A stretch of 64,000 nucleotides of DNA from Candidatus Marinacidobacterium sp. (GTDB lineage: Bacteria > Acidobacteriota > Vicinamibacteria > Marinacidobacterales > Marinacidobacteraceae). Within the stretch, counting starts at the first letter, position 1. Each line of letters opens with the position of its first letter. Both the position numbers and the translations under genes were made by a program. The notes under the pieces were generated by a model that was not told the DNA's origin, made no database searches, and worked only from the letters and a program-made list of their open reading frames with translations. Of this stretch, positions 39,201-48,295 are shown piece after piece. Where the stretch lies: positions 2,080,001 to 2,144,000 of the forward strand of contig OZ244852.1 in the NCBI GenBank assembly GCA_965220965.1. The letters are read 5' to 3'.

Positions 39201-42098
39201 ATGAGAAAGACATTCCTCGCTTTCCTGCTCGTCGCGTTCGCCGTCCCGGCGCTCGCGCAGCAGCAGTACGGACGCCTCGAAGGCGCCGCGCGCGACGCGC
39301 AGGGGCTCGCCCTGCCCGGGGTGTCGGTCACCCTCTCGGGTGAAGCCATCATCGGGACCCGGAACGCCACCACCGACGTGGACGGCTCCTACCGGTTCCA
39401 GGCGCTCCCTCCGGGCGACTACCTGCTCCAGTTCGAGCTGAGCGGTTTCCAGACCGTGATCTTCGAGGACCTTCGGGTCGTCACCGGAGCGACCTTCTCG
39501 GTGGACGCCGACATGCAGCTCGCCACCGTCGCAGAGACGGTCACGGTGACCGGGGAGTCCCCGGTCGTGGACGTCAAGTCCACCGGCGTGGCGGCGACGT
39601 TCGACAAGACGCAGCTCGACGAGGTCCCGACGGCGACCGACATGTGGGCGGTGCTCCAGCAGAGTCCCGGCGTCCGCGTGCGCGGCTTCGACGTGGGCGG
39701 CTCGCACAAGAGCCAGCAGTCCATGTACGAGACGTTCGGCGTCCGCAGCCAGAACCGGGTGCTCTACGAGGGCGTGAACACGACCGAGGGCACCGGCTCC
39801 GCCGGCGGCTACTACGACTACTACGCGATGGAGGAGTTCCAGGTGTCGGCGCAGGGCGCGGACGTCGAGATGTCCACTCCCGGAGCGCAGATCCAGACCA
39901 CCGTGAAGAGCGGCGGTAACGAGTTCTCCGGTCTCGAGAGCGGGGCCTGGAACCCCGCCGACCTGATCGCCGAGAACATCGACAGCGCGCTGGAGGCCCG
40001 GGACGCGACTCCCTCACCCGTGCTCCAGTTCTACGAGTTCCACATCGACCTCGGCGGCCCGATCGTCCGCGACAAGGCGTGGTTCTACGGCGCGTACAAC
40101 AACTTCTACATCGACACGGTGATCTCCGGGCAGGACCCGTCGATCGCGACCGATGTGGGGGACTTCGACATCTTCACCGGCAAGGTGAACTACCAGGTCA
40201 CCGAGCGGGACCAGTTCATCGGGTTCTCGACGTGGTCCTGGAAGCGCAAGCCGAACCGGTCCCTGTCGGTCCAGATCCCGGCGGAGTCGGTGCTCGCGCA
40301 GGACTACTGGATCTGGCTCCACAAGGCCGAGTGGCAGCGCGTCTGGAGCGATCGCCTTTACAGCAACATCATGATCGGCCACATGGGCACGACCTGGCCG
40401 ATGGTGCCGAAGGCCGATCCGGTCAACGGGAACGAACCGCGGATCGATCTCTCCACGAACGTGCGCTCCGGCGCCGGGTGGCAGCCGTTCACCCGGAACC
40501 GCTGGAAGCCGCAGAGCACGGGTCAGTTCAACTACTACGTGCCGATCGGCAACACCAGCCACGACTTCAAGTTCGGTTGGGACTGGCAGATCGACTCAGA
40601 GCTCTCCGGGTGGAACACGAACTCGGGCGGCATCCGCTACCTCGATGACCCGGGCCAGGGGCGGCCACTGGACGTCCACCATGTCTTCCTCGCGGGAGTC
40701 CCGAACCTCGTGGACAACCGGAACACGCACATGGACTTCTTCGCGCAGGACGTCTGGACCGTCAACGACCGGCTGACGCTGATGGCGGGCTTCCGGGTCG
40801 GAAGCCAGATCCTGAGCTTCCTCGAGTCGGACAACTCGCCGGGTAGCGCCTGTCAGGATGTCCTCCAGTGCCAGTTCGAACTCCCGTCCGACCAGAGCCA
40901 GATTCTGGGGGATGTCTTCGGCGCCGGCGGAGTGACCCCGGGCGACACGGTGTTCACCCACTGGAACGTCGCGCCGCGCGTCGGTCTTACCTATGACCTC
41001 ACCGGCGAAGGCACGACGGTCTTCAAGACCTACTTCGGCCGCTACTACTCGAACGTCGGGACCGGGCTCGGTTCGGCGAACCCCGGCGGGCAGCCAAGCG
41101 CCCGCTACGAGTTCCTCGACCAGAACCAGAACGGGATCCTCGACAGTTCCGCGGAACTGGGACAGCAGCTCTCCTTTGTCGCCGGCGCCGGGTCGGGAAG
41201 CACGACGCCGATCGACCCGAACTGGTCGCTCCCCTGGGCCGACGAGCTCAGCGCTTCGCTGGAGCACGAGCTGACCGCCGACCTCGGAGCGCGCGCCTCC
41301 TACGTCTACAAGCGGATGCGGAACACCTGGAGCAACTACGACCAGGTCGACGCCCTGAACCGGAACACGCCGCTCACGATCCCAACGTGCGACGGATGCC
41401 CGGCGGGCTTCGAGCGTTCCTTCAACCTGCTGCTCTATCCGGAGAACCTCGTCGGACAGACCGAGAACCTGACGACGAACCATCCGGCTGGCGAGAGCGA
41501 CATGGACTTCCACACCGTTTCGCTCGCGCTGAACAAGCGGTTCCGGAACAACTTCTTCTACAACGTCTACTTCGACTACCAGTGGCGGTCCGAGCCCCGG
41601 AGCCCCGGCACCTCGGCGACGGCCTGGGACGCGACGAGCCCACTTTCGTCGGATCCCACCGCCCAGGGCTGGTTCATCGACTACGACCAGGACATCCCGA
41701 CGGTCCAGGACACCACGACTTACCAGTTGAAGGCGTCCGCCCGCTACGTCCTGCCGTATGAGATCGCCGTCGCAGGAACGTATCGCTACATCAGCGGCTG
41801 GAACTACGCCCCGATCCACCGGAACAGCGTCTACGACGGCCGCGTGACGGTGTATTCGTGGCTCGGCCTGATGAGCGAAAACCGCTCCGACAACGTGACG
41901 GTCGTCGACTTCCGGGCCGACAAGACCTTCGCGATGGGCGACACCATGAATCTCCAGGTCATGGTGGATCTGTTCAACGCGCTGAATGCGAACACGATCG
42001 TGAACTTCCAGTTGCTCGACTCCGTCCAGCCCTATCAACGGGTTGTCGAGTACCTCAAGGGACGAACCGTGGGGCTCTCGGCGAGGTTGACGTTCTGA
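39201..42098 (+). CDS. TonB-dependent receptor (paralog 2)
   Basis: GGAGGG RBS, signal peptide, ETVTVTGES, DVGGSHKSQQ, KSGGN, C-terminal RLTF. Confidence 0.9.
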   Translation: MRKTFLAFLLVAFAVPALAQQQYGRLEGAARDAQGLALPGVSVTLSGEAIIGTRNATTDVDGSYRFQALPPGDYLLQFELSGFQTVIFEDLRVVTGATFSVDADMQLATVAETVTVTGESPVVDVKSTGVAATFDKTQLDEVPTATDMWAVLQQSPGVRVRGFDVGGSHKSQQSMYETFGVRSQNRVLYEGVNTTEGTGSAGGYYDYYAMEEFQVSAQGADVEMSTPGAQIQTTVKSGGNEFSGLESGAWNPADLIAENIDSALEARDATPSPVLQFYEFHIDLGGPIVRDKAWFYGAYNNFYIDTVISGQDPSIATDVGDFDIFTGKVNYQVTERDQFIGFSTWSWKRKPNRSLSVQIPAESVLAQDYWIWLHKAEWQRVWSDRLYSNIMIGHMGTTWPMVPKADPVNGNEPRIDLSTNVRSGAGWQPFTRNRWKPQSTGQFNYYVPIGNTSHDFKFGWDWQIDSELSGWNTNSGGIRYLDDPGQGRPLDVHHVFLAGVPNLVDNRNTHMDFFAQDVWTVNDRLTLMAGFRVGSQILSFLESDNSPGSACQDVLQCQFELPSDQSQILGDVFGAGGVTPGDTVFTHWNVAPRVGLTYDLTGEGTTVFKTYFGRYYSNVGTGLGSANPGGQPSARYEFLDQNQNGILDSSAELGQQLSFVAGAGSGSTTPIDPNWSLPWADELSASLEHELTADLGARASYVYKRMRNTWSNYDQVDALNRNTPLTIPTCDGCPAGFERSFNLLLYPENLVGQTENLTTNHPAGESDMDFHTVSLALNKRFRNNFFYNVYFDYQWRSEPRSPGTSATAWDATSPLSSDPTAQGWFIDYDQDIPTVQDTTTYQLKASARYVLPYEIAVAGTYRYISGWNYAPIHRNSVYDGRVTVYSWLGLMSENRSDNVTVVDFRADKTFAMGDTMNLQVMVDLFNALNANTIVNFQLLDSVQPYQRVVEYLKGRTVGLSARLTF

Positions 42099-42124
42099 CC
42101 TTCTGAGAGCGGTCCCGAACCCCG

Positions 42125-42165
42125 CGGGCCCGTCGGTTCCTTCGGGAGCCGGCGGGCCCGTTTCC
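42125..42165 (+). terminator. Rho-independent terminator-like hairpin after TBDR paralog 2
   Basis: CGGGCCCGTCGGTTCC-TTCG-GGAGCCGGCGGGCCCG followed by TTTCCTT. Confidence 0.7.
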
Positions 42166-42196
42166 TTGTCAGGCAGCCGGCGGTATCGTTGAGCCG

Positions 42197-44116
42197 GTGG
42201 TCACCGTCGTCCGGAAGCTCGGACCTCTCGCCGGGCTGCTCCTGCTGAGCTGTGGAGGAGCATCGGAAGCGCCCGCGCCGACCGGGCCGCCCTCCTCCGC
42301 GCCTCCCCGCGCTCCGCTGCTTTCTCCAGACGCCGTGGTCGGCGCCGAGACCTGCGGCGCCTGCCACGCCGACATCACCGCCGCCCAGGCGGAGCACCCG
42401 ATGGCGCGGACGGCGGCCGTGGTCTCCCCGGCGTCGGCGGACCGCTGGTTCTCGGATGACATGCTCGCCCGGGCGTTCCACTGGCCGGAAGACCTCGGGT
42501 CACGCCCGGGGTACCAGATGGGCGCCGACGGCGTCCGCTTCACCGCGCCCGGCGCCGATCCTCCGGACGTCCCGGTGGACGCCGTCTTCGGCTCGGGGCT
42601 CCGCGGCCTGACGCCGGTCTCGTTCGCCCCGGAGGGCAGGCTGCGCGAACTCCGACTCTCGTTCTCGCGCGCCCGCGAAGGCTGGATCCCGACGCCCGGC
42701 GGGGAAGACGACCCCGACCCCTTCGGTGACCTCGACAGCCCGGAGGCCTCCGCCAACTGTCTCGGGTGTCACACCACGGCGCTGGCGTGGGACGCCGAGG
42801 GACGCTTCGACCCGCACCGCGCCGTCCTCGGCGTCTCGTGCGAGCGGTGCCACGGTCCGGGGGAGCCGCATCTCGCCGCGCAGTCCGCCGGGGAGAGCGG
42901 CGGCATCTTCCATCCCGGACGGCTCGCCCCGAGGGAGCAGGTCGCGTTCTGCGGCCAGTGCCACCGCCAGCCCACCGACTTCGAGCCGCAGACGATCCTC
43001 GCCCGCGACCCCGGCCTCGCCCGCCACGCCGGGGCGAGCCTCATGATGAGCGCCTGCTTCCGCGAGTCGCCCGCGGAGGCCGCCATCACCTGCAGCGAGT
43101 GCCACGATCCCCACCGACCGGATCCGGCCACTCCGGAGCGGACGCGAGGGGTCTGCCTGCGCTGCCACCAGACGCCGGAGAGCCTCCACCAGACGGGCGC
43201 CGTCCCGCCCGACGGAGGCGACTGCGCAAGCTGCCATCTCCCGACCGAACAGGACGCCTTCCACGGGACGCCGTTCACGGACCACTGGATCCGGAACCCC
43301 GAGGACGCCGCGCCGTCACCGGCGTCGGCAAGGGGCCGGAGCGACCTCGCCTGGCTCGAGACGCTCTACGAAGGGCGCGTCGTCGAGGAGAACCCGCCCG
43401 AGAAGGCGGCGCAGCTCCGCACCGGTCTCGCGGAGCTCCTCCACCTTCGGGGCGCGAGGGAGAGGTCCCGCGCGCTTCTCGCCGAAGCCGTCGCGCTGGG
43501 CCCTGCCTACGAGACCCGGGTGAAAGCTGGCGCCCTGTTCCGCGACGGAGGCGACGCCGCGAGCGCGCTCGCCGCCTTCCGCGCCGCCGCGGAGCAGCGC
43601 CCCGACAAGCCCCACGCGTTCTACGAGCTCGGCGACCTCCTGAGCGAAATGGGCGACTTCGCCGGCGCGGTCGCGCCCCTCACGACCGCCGCGCGCCTCA
43701 GCCCGGAGTCCGCCGGGGTACGCGCCGCTCTCGGAAGCGCGCTTCTCGGATCCGGCCGCCCGGAGGAGGCGGTCAGCGCGCTGGAAGCGGCGCTGGCCAT
43801 CGACCCGGATGAGCCAGCCGCCCTCGGACCGCTCGTGGCCGTCCTGGCCGCCCACCCGCGTCGCGACCTGCGCGATCCCGTTGAAGCCGTCCGGCTCGCC
43901 GAGCGGCTGGCTTCGCGATTCGGTTTCAGCGAGCCTCGCTCGCTCGACCTCCTGGGAGCGGCCTACGCCGCCGCCGGAGACTTCGCGAGCGCGGTCCGGG
44001 CGGCGGAGCGCGCCGCCGAACTCGCCAGTCCGGAGAACCCCGCCGACCAGGCGAGGATCCGGGACCGGCTCGCGCTCTACCGCTCCGGGCGAGCCTGGGT
44101 GGGGCCGATCCCGTAG
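42197..44116 (+). CDS. Multiheme c-type cytochrome-TPR fusion lipoprotein
   Basis: Lipobox LLSC; seven CxxCH motifs (CGACH, CLGCH, CERCH, CGQCH, CSECH, CLRCH, CASCH); C-terminal TPRs. Confidence 0.85.
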   Translation: MVTVVRKLGPLAGLLLLSCGGASEAPAPTGPPSSAPPRAPLLSPDAVVGAETCGACHADITAAQAEHPMARTAAVVSPASADRWFSDDMLARAFHWPEDLGSRPGYQMGADGVRFTAPGADPPDVPVDAVFGSGLRGLTPVSFAPEGRLRELRLSFSRAREGWIPTPGGEDDPDPFGDLDSPEASANCLGCHTTALAWDAEGRFDPHRAVLGVSCERCHGPGEPHLAAQSAGESGGIFHPGRLAPREQVAFCGQCHRQPTDFEPQTILARDPGLARHAGASLMMSACFRESPAEAAITCSECHDPHRPDPATPERTRGVCLRCHQTPESLHQTGAVPPDGGDCASCHLPTEQDAFHGTPFTDHWIRNPEDAAPSPASARGRSDLAWLETLYEGRVVEENPPEKAAQLRTGLAELLHLRGARERSRALLAEAVALGPAYETRVKAGALFRDGGDAASALAAFRAAAEQRPDKPHAFYELGDLLSEMGDFAGAVAPLTTAARLSPESAGVRAALGSALLGSGRPEEAVSALEAALAIDPDEPAALGPLVAVLAAHPRRDLRDPVEAVRLAERLASRFGFSEPRSLDLLGAAYAAAGDFASAVRAAERAAELASPENPADQARIRDRLALYRSGRAWVGPIP

Positions 44117-44192
44117 CGACGCTCAGCGCCCGCCGGCGAGAACCGGCCGGCGCGGCCAGTCCCTCCGGGGCGATCACGCGCCGGCGGATGCG

Positions 44193-45254
44193 CTACTCGT
44201 GCGGGTGTTGGTGGTGCGCCGCCTGCTCGTAGTGCTCCCGCAGCAGGTCCCCGCCGAAGTCGTCGTTCAGGTCGCGCCACACCGAGTGGACGTGGTTCGC
44301 GTCGTTCTGGGTGTTGTCGTACTCGATGAGGAAGTCGGGGGAGTGAACGCGGTAGTAGTGGCGCGCGCCGACCTCCATGGGGCCCGCCCAGGCGAAGAAG
44401 AGCTCGTCGTCGGAGCCATCCGCGACGCGCTTCGTCCACCGGCTTGCCGCCTCTTCGTCCATGTTCCCGACGTACTCCTGGATCAGGCGGTCGAGCTGCG
44501 CGCGCTGGGCAGCGTTCAGCGCCGAGGCGGCAATCCCCTCGAAGGGGAGGGAGGCCTCCCGTTCGGCGCCGGTGATGATGTCGTCGTAGGCGTCGCTCGC
44601 GATCACCGCCGTCTTCCGCTGGTCGGCCGAGAGCATCGTGACGAGGGTCCGGGCGAGGTCCTCCTCCGCGCCCAGCACCCGCAGCCCCGCCTTGGGCCCC
44701 TCGCGCACTGTGGCCGGATTGGCGCCGAGGAAGGCGGGCCCAACGACGACTTCGCCGCCGCCGGGAGAAGAGACGTTGATCGAGAGGTGGTGCCCCTCGA
44801 ACCGCCACGCCCAGGGAGCCTCCGCCGACGGCGAACCGAAGATCGTCACGTAGTAGTCCTCGGGGTCGCGTCGCTCTTCGCGTCCCTCCATGATCCCGAG
44901 GACGCGCTCGAGTTCGATCACGGCGTTGGCCTTCAGGTAGCCCTGCGTACTGAGCGCCGCCTTGAGCAGGTGGTGGGCCGCGGTGCGCTGTTCGAGGGTC
45001 ATCGCCTTGAGCGGCATCCCGTTGCGCTGGCGCGGGACGAAGTGCCAGTTGTGGCGCTCCGCATCGTCGAGCCCATAGACCGCCCGGTCCCGGGACCCGT
45101 CGTCCAGCGTCGCGAGGAACCCCCGGGCGGCGCCCGCCACCCGGTCAGCCGAACCCGAGACCGCGGCGACCACGACGCCGCCCAGCGCCGAAGCAGCGAC
45201 AACCAGCAGGACGAACCCGGCGACCCCGCGCCGGGATGAAGTCGATCTCCTCAT
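44193..45254 (-). CDS. DUF3500-family exported protein
   Basis: WHFVP, WAWRFEGHHLSIN, FLGANP, IEYDNTQNDANHVHSVWRDLNDDFG; His-rich tail. Confidence 0.85.
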   Translation of the reverse strand: MRRSTSSRRGVAGFVLLVVAASALGGVVVAAVSGSADRVAGAARGFLATLDDGSRDRAVYGLDDAERHNWHFVPRQRNGMPLKAMTLEQRTAAHHLLKAALSTQGYLKANAVIELERVLGIMEGREERRDPEDYYVTIFGSPSAEAPWAWRFEGHHLSINVSSPGGGEVVVGPAFLGANPATVREGPKAGLRVLGAEEDLARTLVTMLSADQRKTAVIASDAYDDIITGAEREASLPFEGIAASALNAAQRAQLDRLIQEYVGNMDEEAASRWTKRVADGSDDELFFAWAGPMEVGARHYYRVHSPDFLIEYDNTQNDANHVHSVWRDLNDDFGGDLLREHYEQAAHHQHPHE

Positions 45255-45429
45255 GATGCGTCTCCTCGATCGGGGTTGTGATCGGTGGCGGAACCGCCAC
45301 GACCGCCAACCCTACCGGAACCGCGGGTCGCTCGGTCGGACCGCAAGACCGTGACCAACAGGCGCTCCCCGACGAAGTTCAGGTCCCGTTGAAGGAAATG
45401 GCGACTTCGGGAGTAGTACCTTGGTAGAG

Positions 45430-46158
45430 ATGATCGTGATCGCGTTCTTCATTCCGGCGCTCGTCATCGCGCTGTCGGTTCCGCTGATCCTGGGCAAGAT
45501 CCCGCCCAACAACGCCTACGGGTTGCGGACCACACGGACCCTGGACTCTCCCGAGATCTGGTATCCGGCCAACCGGGCCGCGGGGTGGTTCATGTCGGGC
45601 GCCGGCGTTCTGATCATCGCCGTCAGCCTGGGCCTCCTTGGGCTCGCCCCCGAGTGGACTACGACGCGGATCGGTTCCGGCGCGTGGGTGGTGTACGCCA
45701 ACGCCATCCCGCTGGGGATCGCCATCGCGGCGTCCTTCCTCTATCTCAGGCGGCTGGGCGCGCGCGAGGCTGCGGACCCCTCCGACTCCGCCGCCGGGGG
45801 CGCGTCCGAGGGGCAGACCTCCCGGAGCGGGATGCAGCTCGCGGTCCCCTTCCTGGTCCCGGCCCTTATGCTGCCGCTGGCGATCCTCCTGATCGTGGGC
45901 GCGGTCCCGCTCAACGAGACGGTCGGCTTTCGGACGGCGGCGACGCTGGCGGATCCCGACGTCTGGTTCCCGGCGAACCGCGCGGCGGGGTGGTTCTTGC
46001 TGATTGCGGCCGCGCTGTCCATCGGCCTCAGCCTGACCGTGCTGCGCCGCTTCCCGCAGTGGTCCGCGAGCCGGAAGTTCTCGTGGATGTTGGGCGGCGG
46101 CCTGGTCCTGCCCCTGATGGCCGCCCTCGGATCCTTCCTCTTCCTCGCCCGGCTCTGA
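45430..46158 (+). CDS. SdpI/YfhL-family membrane protein with an internally duplicated domain
   Basis: Two copies of the PxN..G(L/F)RT..TL....W.PANRAAGWF motif. Confidence 0.75.
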   Translation: MIVIAFFIPALVIALSVPLILGKIPPNNAYGLRTTRTLDSPEIWYPANRAAGWFMSGAGVLIIAVSLGLLGLAPEWTTTRIGSGAWVVYANAIPLGIAIAASFLYLRRLGAREAADPSDSAAGGASEGQTSRSGMQLAVPFLVPALMLPLAILLIVGAVPLNETVGFRTAATLADPDVWFPANRAAGWFLLIAAALSIGLSLTVLRRFPQWSASRKFSWMLGGGLVLPLMAALGSFLFLARL

Positions 46159-46335
46159 GACGCGCGCGGCGCGGTGAGGGGCCTGCGCCCCTGACGGGCG
46201 ACCCCGGTCGGCGGCGCGCTCGAGGCGACAGGTACACTCTTTCGAAGGCCGCGAGCGACTCCTGAATCGTCCGGACTTCCCCGGCGAACGGTCGCCAGCG
46301 CGGCGCCATGGACCCTTTTCCGGGAGCGACAGACG

Positions 46336-47454
46336 ATGACCAGACTGAGAGCCCTTCTCGCCGTGAGCGGCCTCGCCGCCCTGCTGATCGGGTGCGGCGC
46401 CCCGCCCGCCACGGAAGACGCGGCCGCCGCAGGCAACCCGGACTTCGTGGTCCGGGATCTCCCGAACCCGAATCCGGTCGTCATCACCCAGTGGGCCGAC
46501 CTCCCTGACGGGCGGACCTGGGGTTCGACGGCTGGCGTTGACATCGGGCCGGACGGCCACGTGTGGGTCTACGACCGCTGCGGAGCGAACGCGCTGGCCG
46601 GCGGCTGCGAAGAGAACCCGGACGTGAACCCGGTCCTGAAGTACGACCGGCACACCGGCGAGGTTCTCGCCGAGTTCGGCGCGGGCCTCTTCGTGCTTCC
46701 CCACGGTCTCCATGTGGACGATGACGGGAACGTCTGGGTAACCGACTCCCAGGGCAACAAGTCCGGCACCAAGGGCCACCAGGTCATCAAGTTCACCCCC
46801 GAGGGGGAGATCCTCATGCGGCTCGGCGTCGCCGGGCAGCCCGGAACCGGTCCCGGGCAGCTCTACGAGCCGTGCGACGTGATCACCGCGCCGAACGGGG
46901 ACATCTTCGTCTCCGACGGCCACAGCGGCCAGAACCCGGATCCTCCCGAGGACCGCACCGGGCGCATCCTGAAGTACGACAGCGAAGGCAACTTCATCAT
47001 GGAGTGGGGCGTCATCGGGTTCCGGCCGGGCCAGTTCCGCACCCCGCACGCGCTGGAGATGGACTCCCAGGGGCGGCTGTTCGTCGCGGACCGCGGCAAC
47101 CACCGCATCCAGATCTTCGACCAGGACGGGAACCTCCTCGACATCTATTACCAGCAGGGGCGGATCAGCGGGATGTACATCACCGACGACGACATGCTCT
47201 ACACGATCGACTCCGAATCCACCCCCACGAACCACTACGGCTGGCTCAACGGTGTCCGCATCGGCCCCGCGGGCGAGGACGCGGTGACCGCCTTCATCCC
47301 ACCCCACTACCCCACCGAGGGACGAGTCCTCCAGGGCCTCGCGGGCGAGGGGGTCGCGGTGGACGCGGACGGCAACGTCTTCGTGGCCGAGGGGCCGGCG
47401 TCCCGGCCCTTCGCCGGAGGCGGCCTCACCAAGTACGAGCGCGCCCAGGACTGA
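46336..47454 (+). CDS. NHL-repeat beta-propeller lipoprotein (PAL-like)
   Basis: Lipobox LIGC, PHGLHVDDDGNVWVTD, PHAL, LFVADRGNHRIQIFD. Confidence 0.8.
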   Translation: MTRLRALLAVSGLAALLIGCGAPPATEDAAAAGNPDFVVRDLPNPNPVVITQWADLPDGRTWGSTAGVDIGPDGHVWVYDRCGANALAGGCEENPDVNPVLKYDRHTGEVLAEFGAGLFVLPHGLHVDDDGNVWVTDSQGNKSGTKGHQVIKFTPEGEILMRLGVAGQPGTGPGQLYEPCDVITAPNGDIFVSDGHSGQNPDPPEDRTGRILKYDSEGNFIMEWGVIGFRPGQFRTPHALEMDSQGRLFVADRGNHRIQIFDQDGNLLDIYYQQGRISGMYITDDDMLYTIDSESTPTNHYGWLNGVRIGPAGEDAVTAFIPPHYPTEGRVLQGLAGEGVAVDADGNVFVAEGPASRPFAGGGLTKYERAQD

Positions 47455-47840
47455 CGCCGGAGACGAGCCGAACGATGGCGATCCCCCCCGGCGAACCCGA
47501 CCGGGGGAAGAGGGGGCGGCGTCGGGCCCGAGCCGGGCGGACCGCGACCCGCCGGCGTCCTCCTGCGGACAGCCGGCGGACCGGGCGCCGACCGCCCGCC
47601 GAGGTCGAATCATCGAGCAATACCTCGATGAGCTCGAGCGGCTGGGGATCGACTCCCCCCCGGCCGTCGAAGGGCCGTTCCGGCCCGGCCCGGTGACTCG
47701 CCGGCCGGGAGGGCTTCGACGGTTCCTCGACAAGCGGGCGGAGTAAGGGCCGGCTCGACCAGTTCTTCCTGTTCCGCTCCGTCACTCCCGGCGACGGGGT
47801 GCGGAGCCGTATTGATTCAGGGTGATGCGATGATCCATCC

Positions 47841-48104
47841 CTTCGGCTCACGCTCAGGGTCGCCGAGAATGTCCTGCTGGAACTGAAGCGGCGCGCCCGC
47901 GAACGGAAACTCTCGCTCAGCGAGGTCGCGAAGGAGTCGCTGCGGGCCGGCCTCGCCCAGGGAGTCCGCGCCGGAAGTCCGCGCCCCTACCGCCAGCGGG
48001 TCTTCGACCTTGGCGAACCGCTGGTCGACCTCGACCATCCGCTCCGTCTCGTCGCAGATCTCGAGGACGAAGCGGCGGCGACGAACCTCAACGACGGAAC
48101 CTGA
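47841..48104 (+). pseudogene. Orphan VapB/RHH-like antitoxin lacking a start codon
   Basis: LRLTLRVAENVLLELKRRARERKLSLSEVAKESLRAGL...PYRQRVFDLGEPLVDLDHPLRLVADLEDE. First codon is CTT, with an in-frame TGA at 47823; not in the ORF track. Confidence 0.6.
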
Positions 48105-48239
48105 CCGTCGGTCGATCCGGAGACTCGCGTCCGTCAGGTAGCCGAACTCTGGGAGTGAGGCGCTCCGGCGACTCTCACAGAACCGCGCGGTCTGGCCCTT
48201 ACGGCCTCACACGGATCAAAAGAGACCCCGAACAGGCGG

Positions 48240-48271
48240 AAGGCCCGCCGCCCCGAAGGGCGACGGGCCTT
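48240..48271. terminator. Hairpin just downstream of TBDR paralog 3
   Basis: AAGGCCCGCCGCCC-CGAA-GGGCGACGGGCCTT. Confidence 0.6.
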
Positions 48272-48295
48272 GGTTTGCCCTGGGATTCGGGATCC

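Noticed and set aside
47455-47820. Possible small gene or ncRNA after the NHL gene
   Set aside because: Only GC-rich hairpins and short frames without recognisable motifs.
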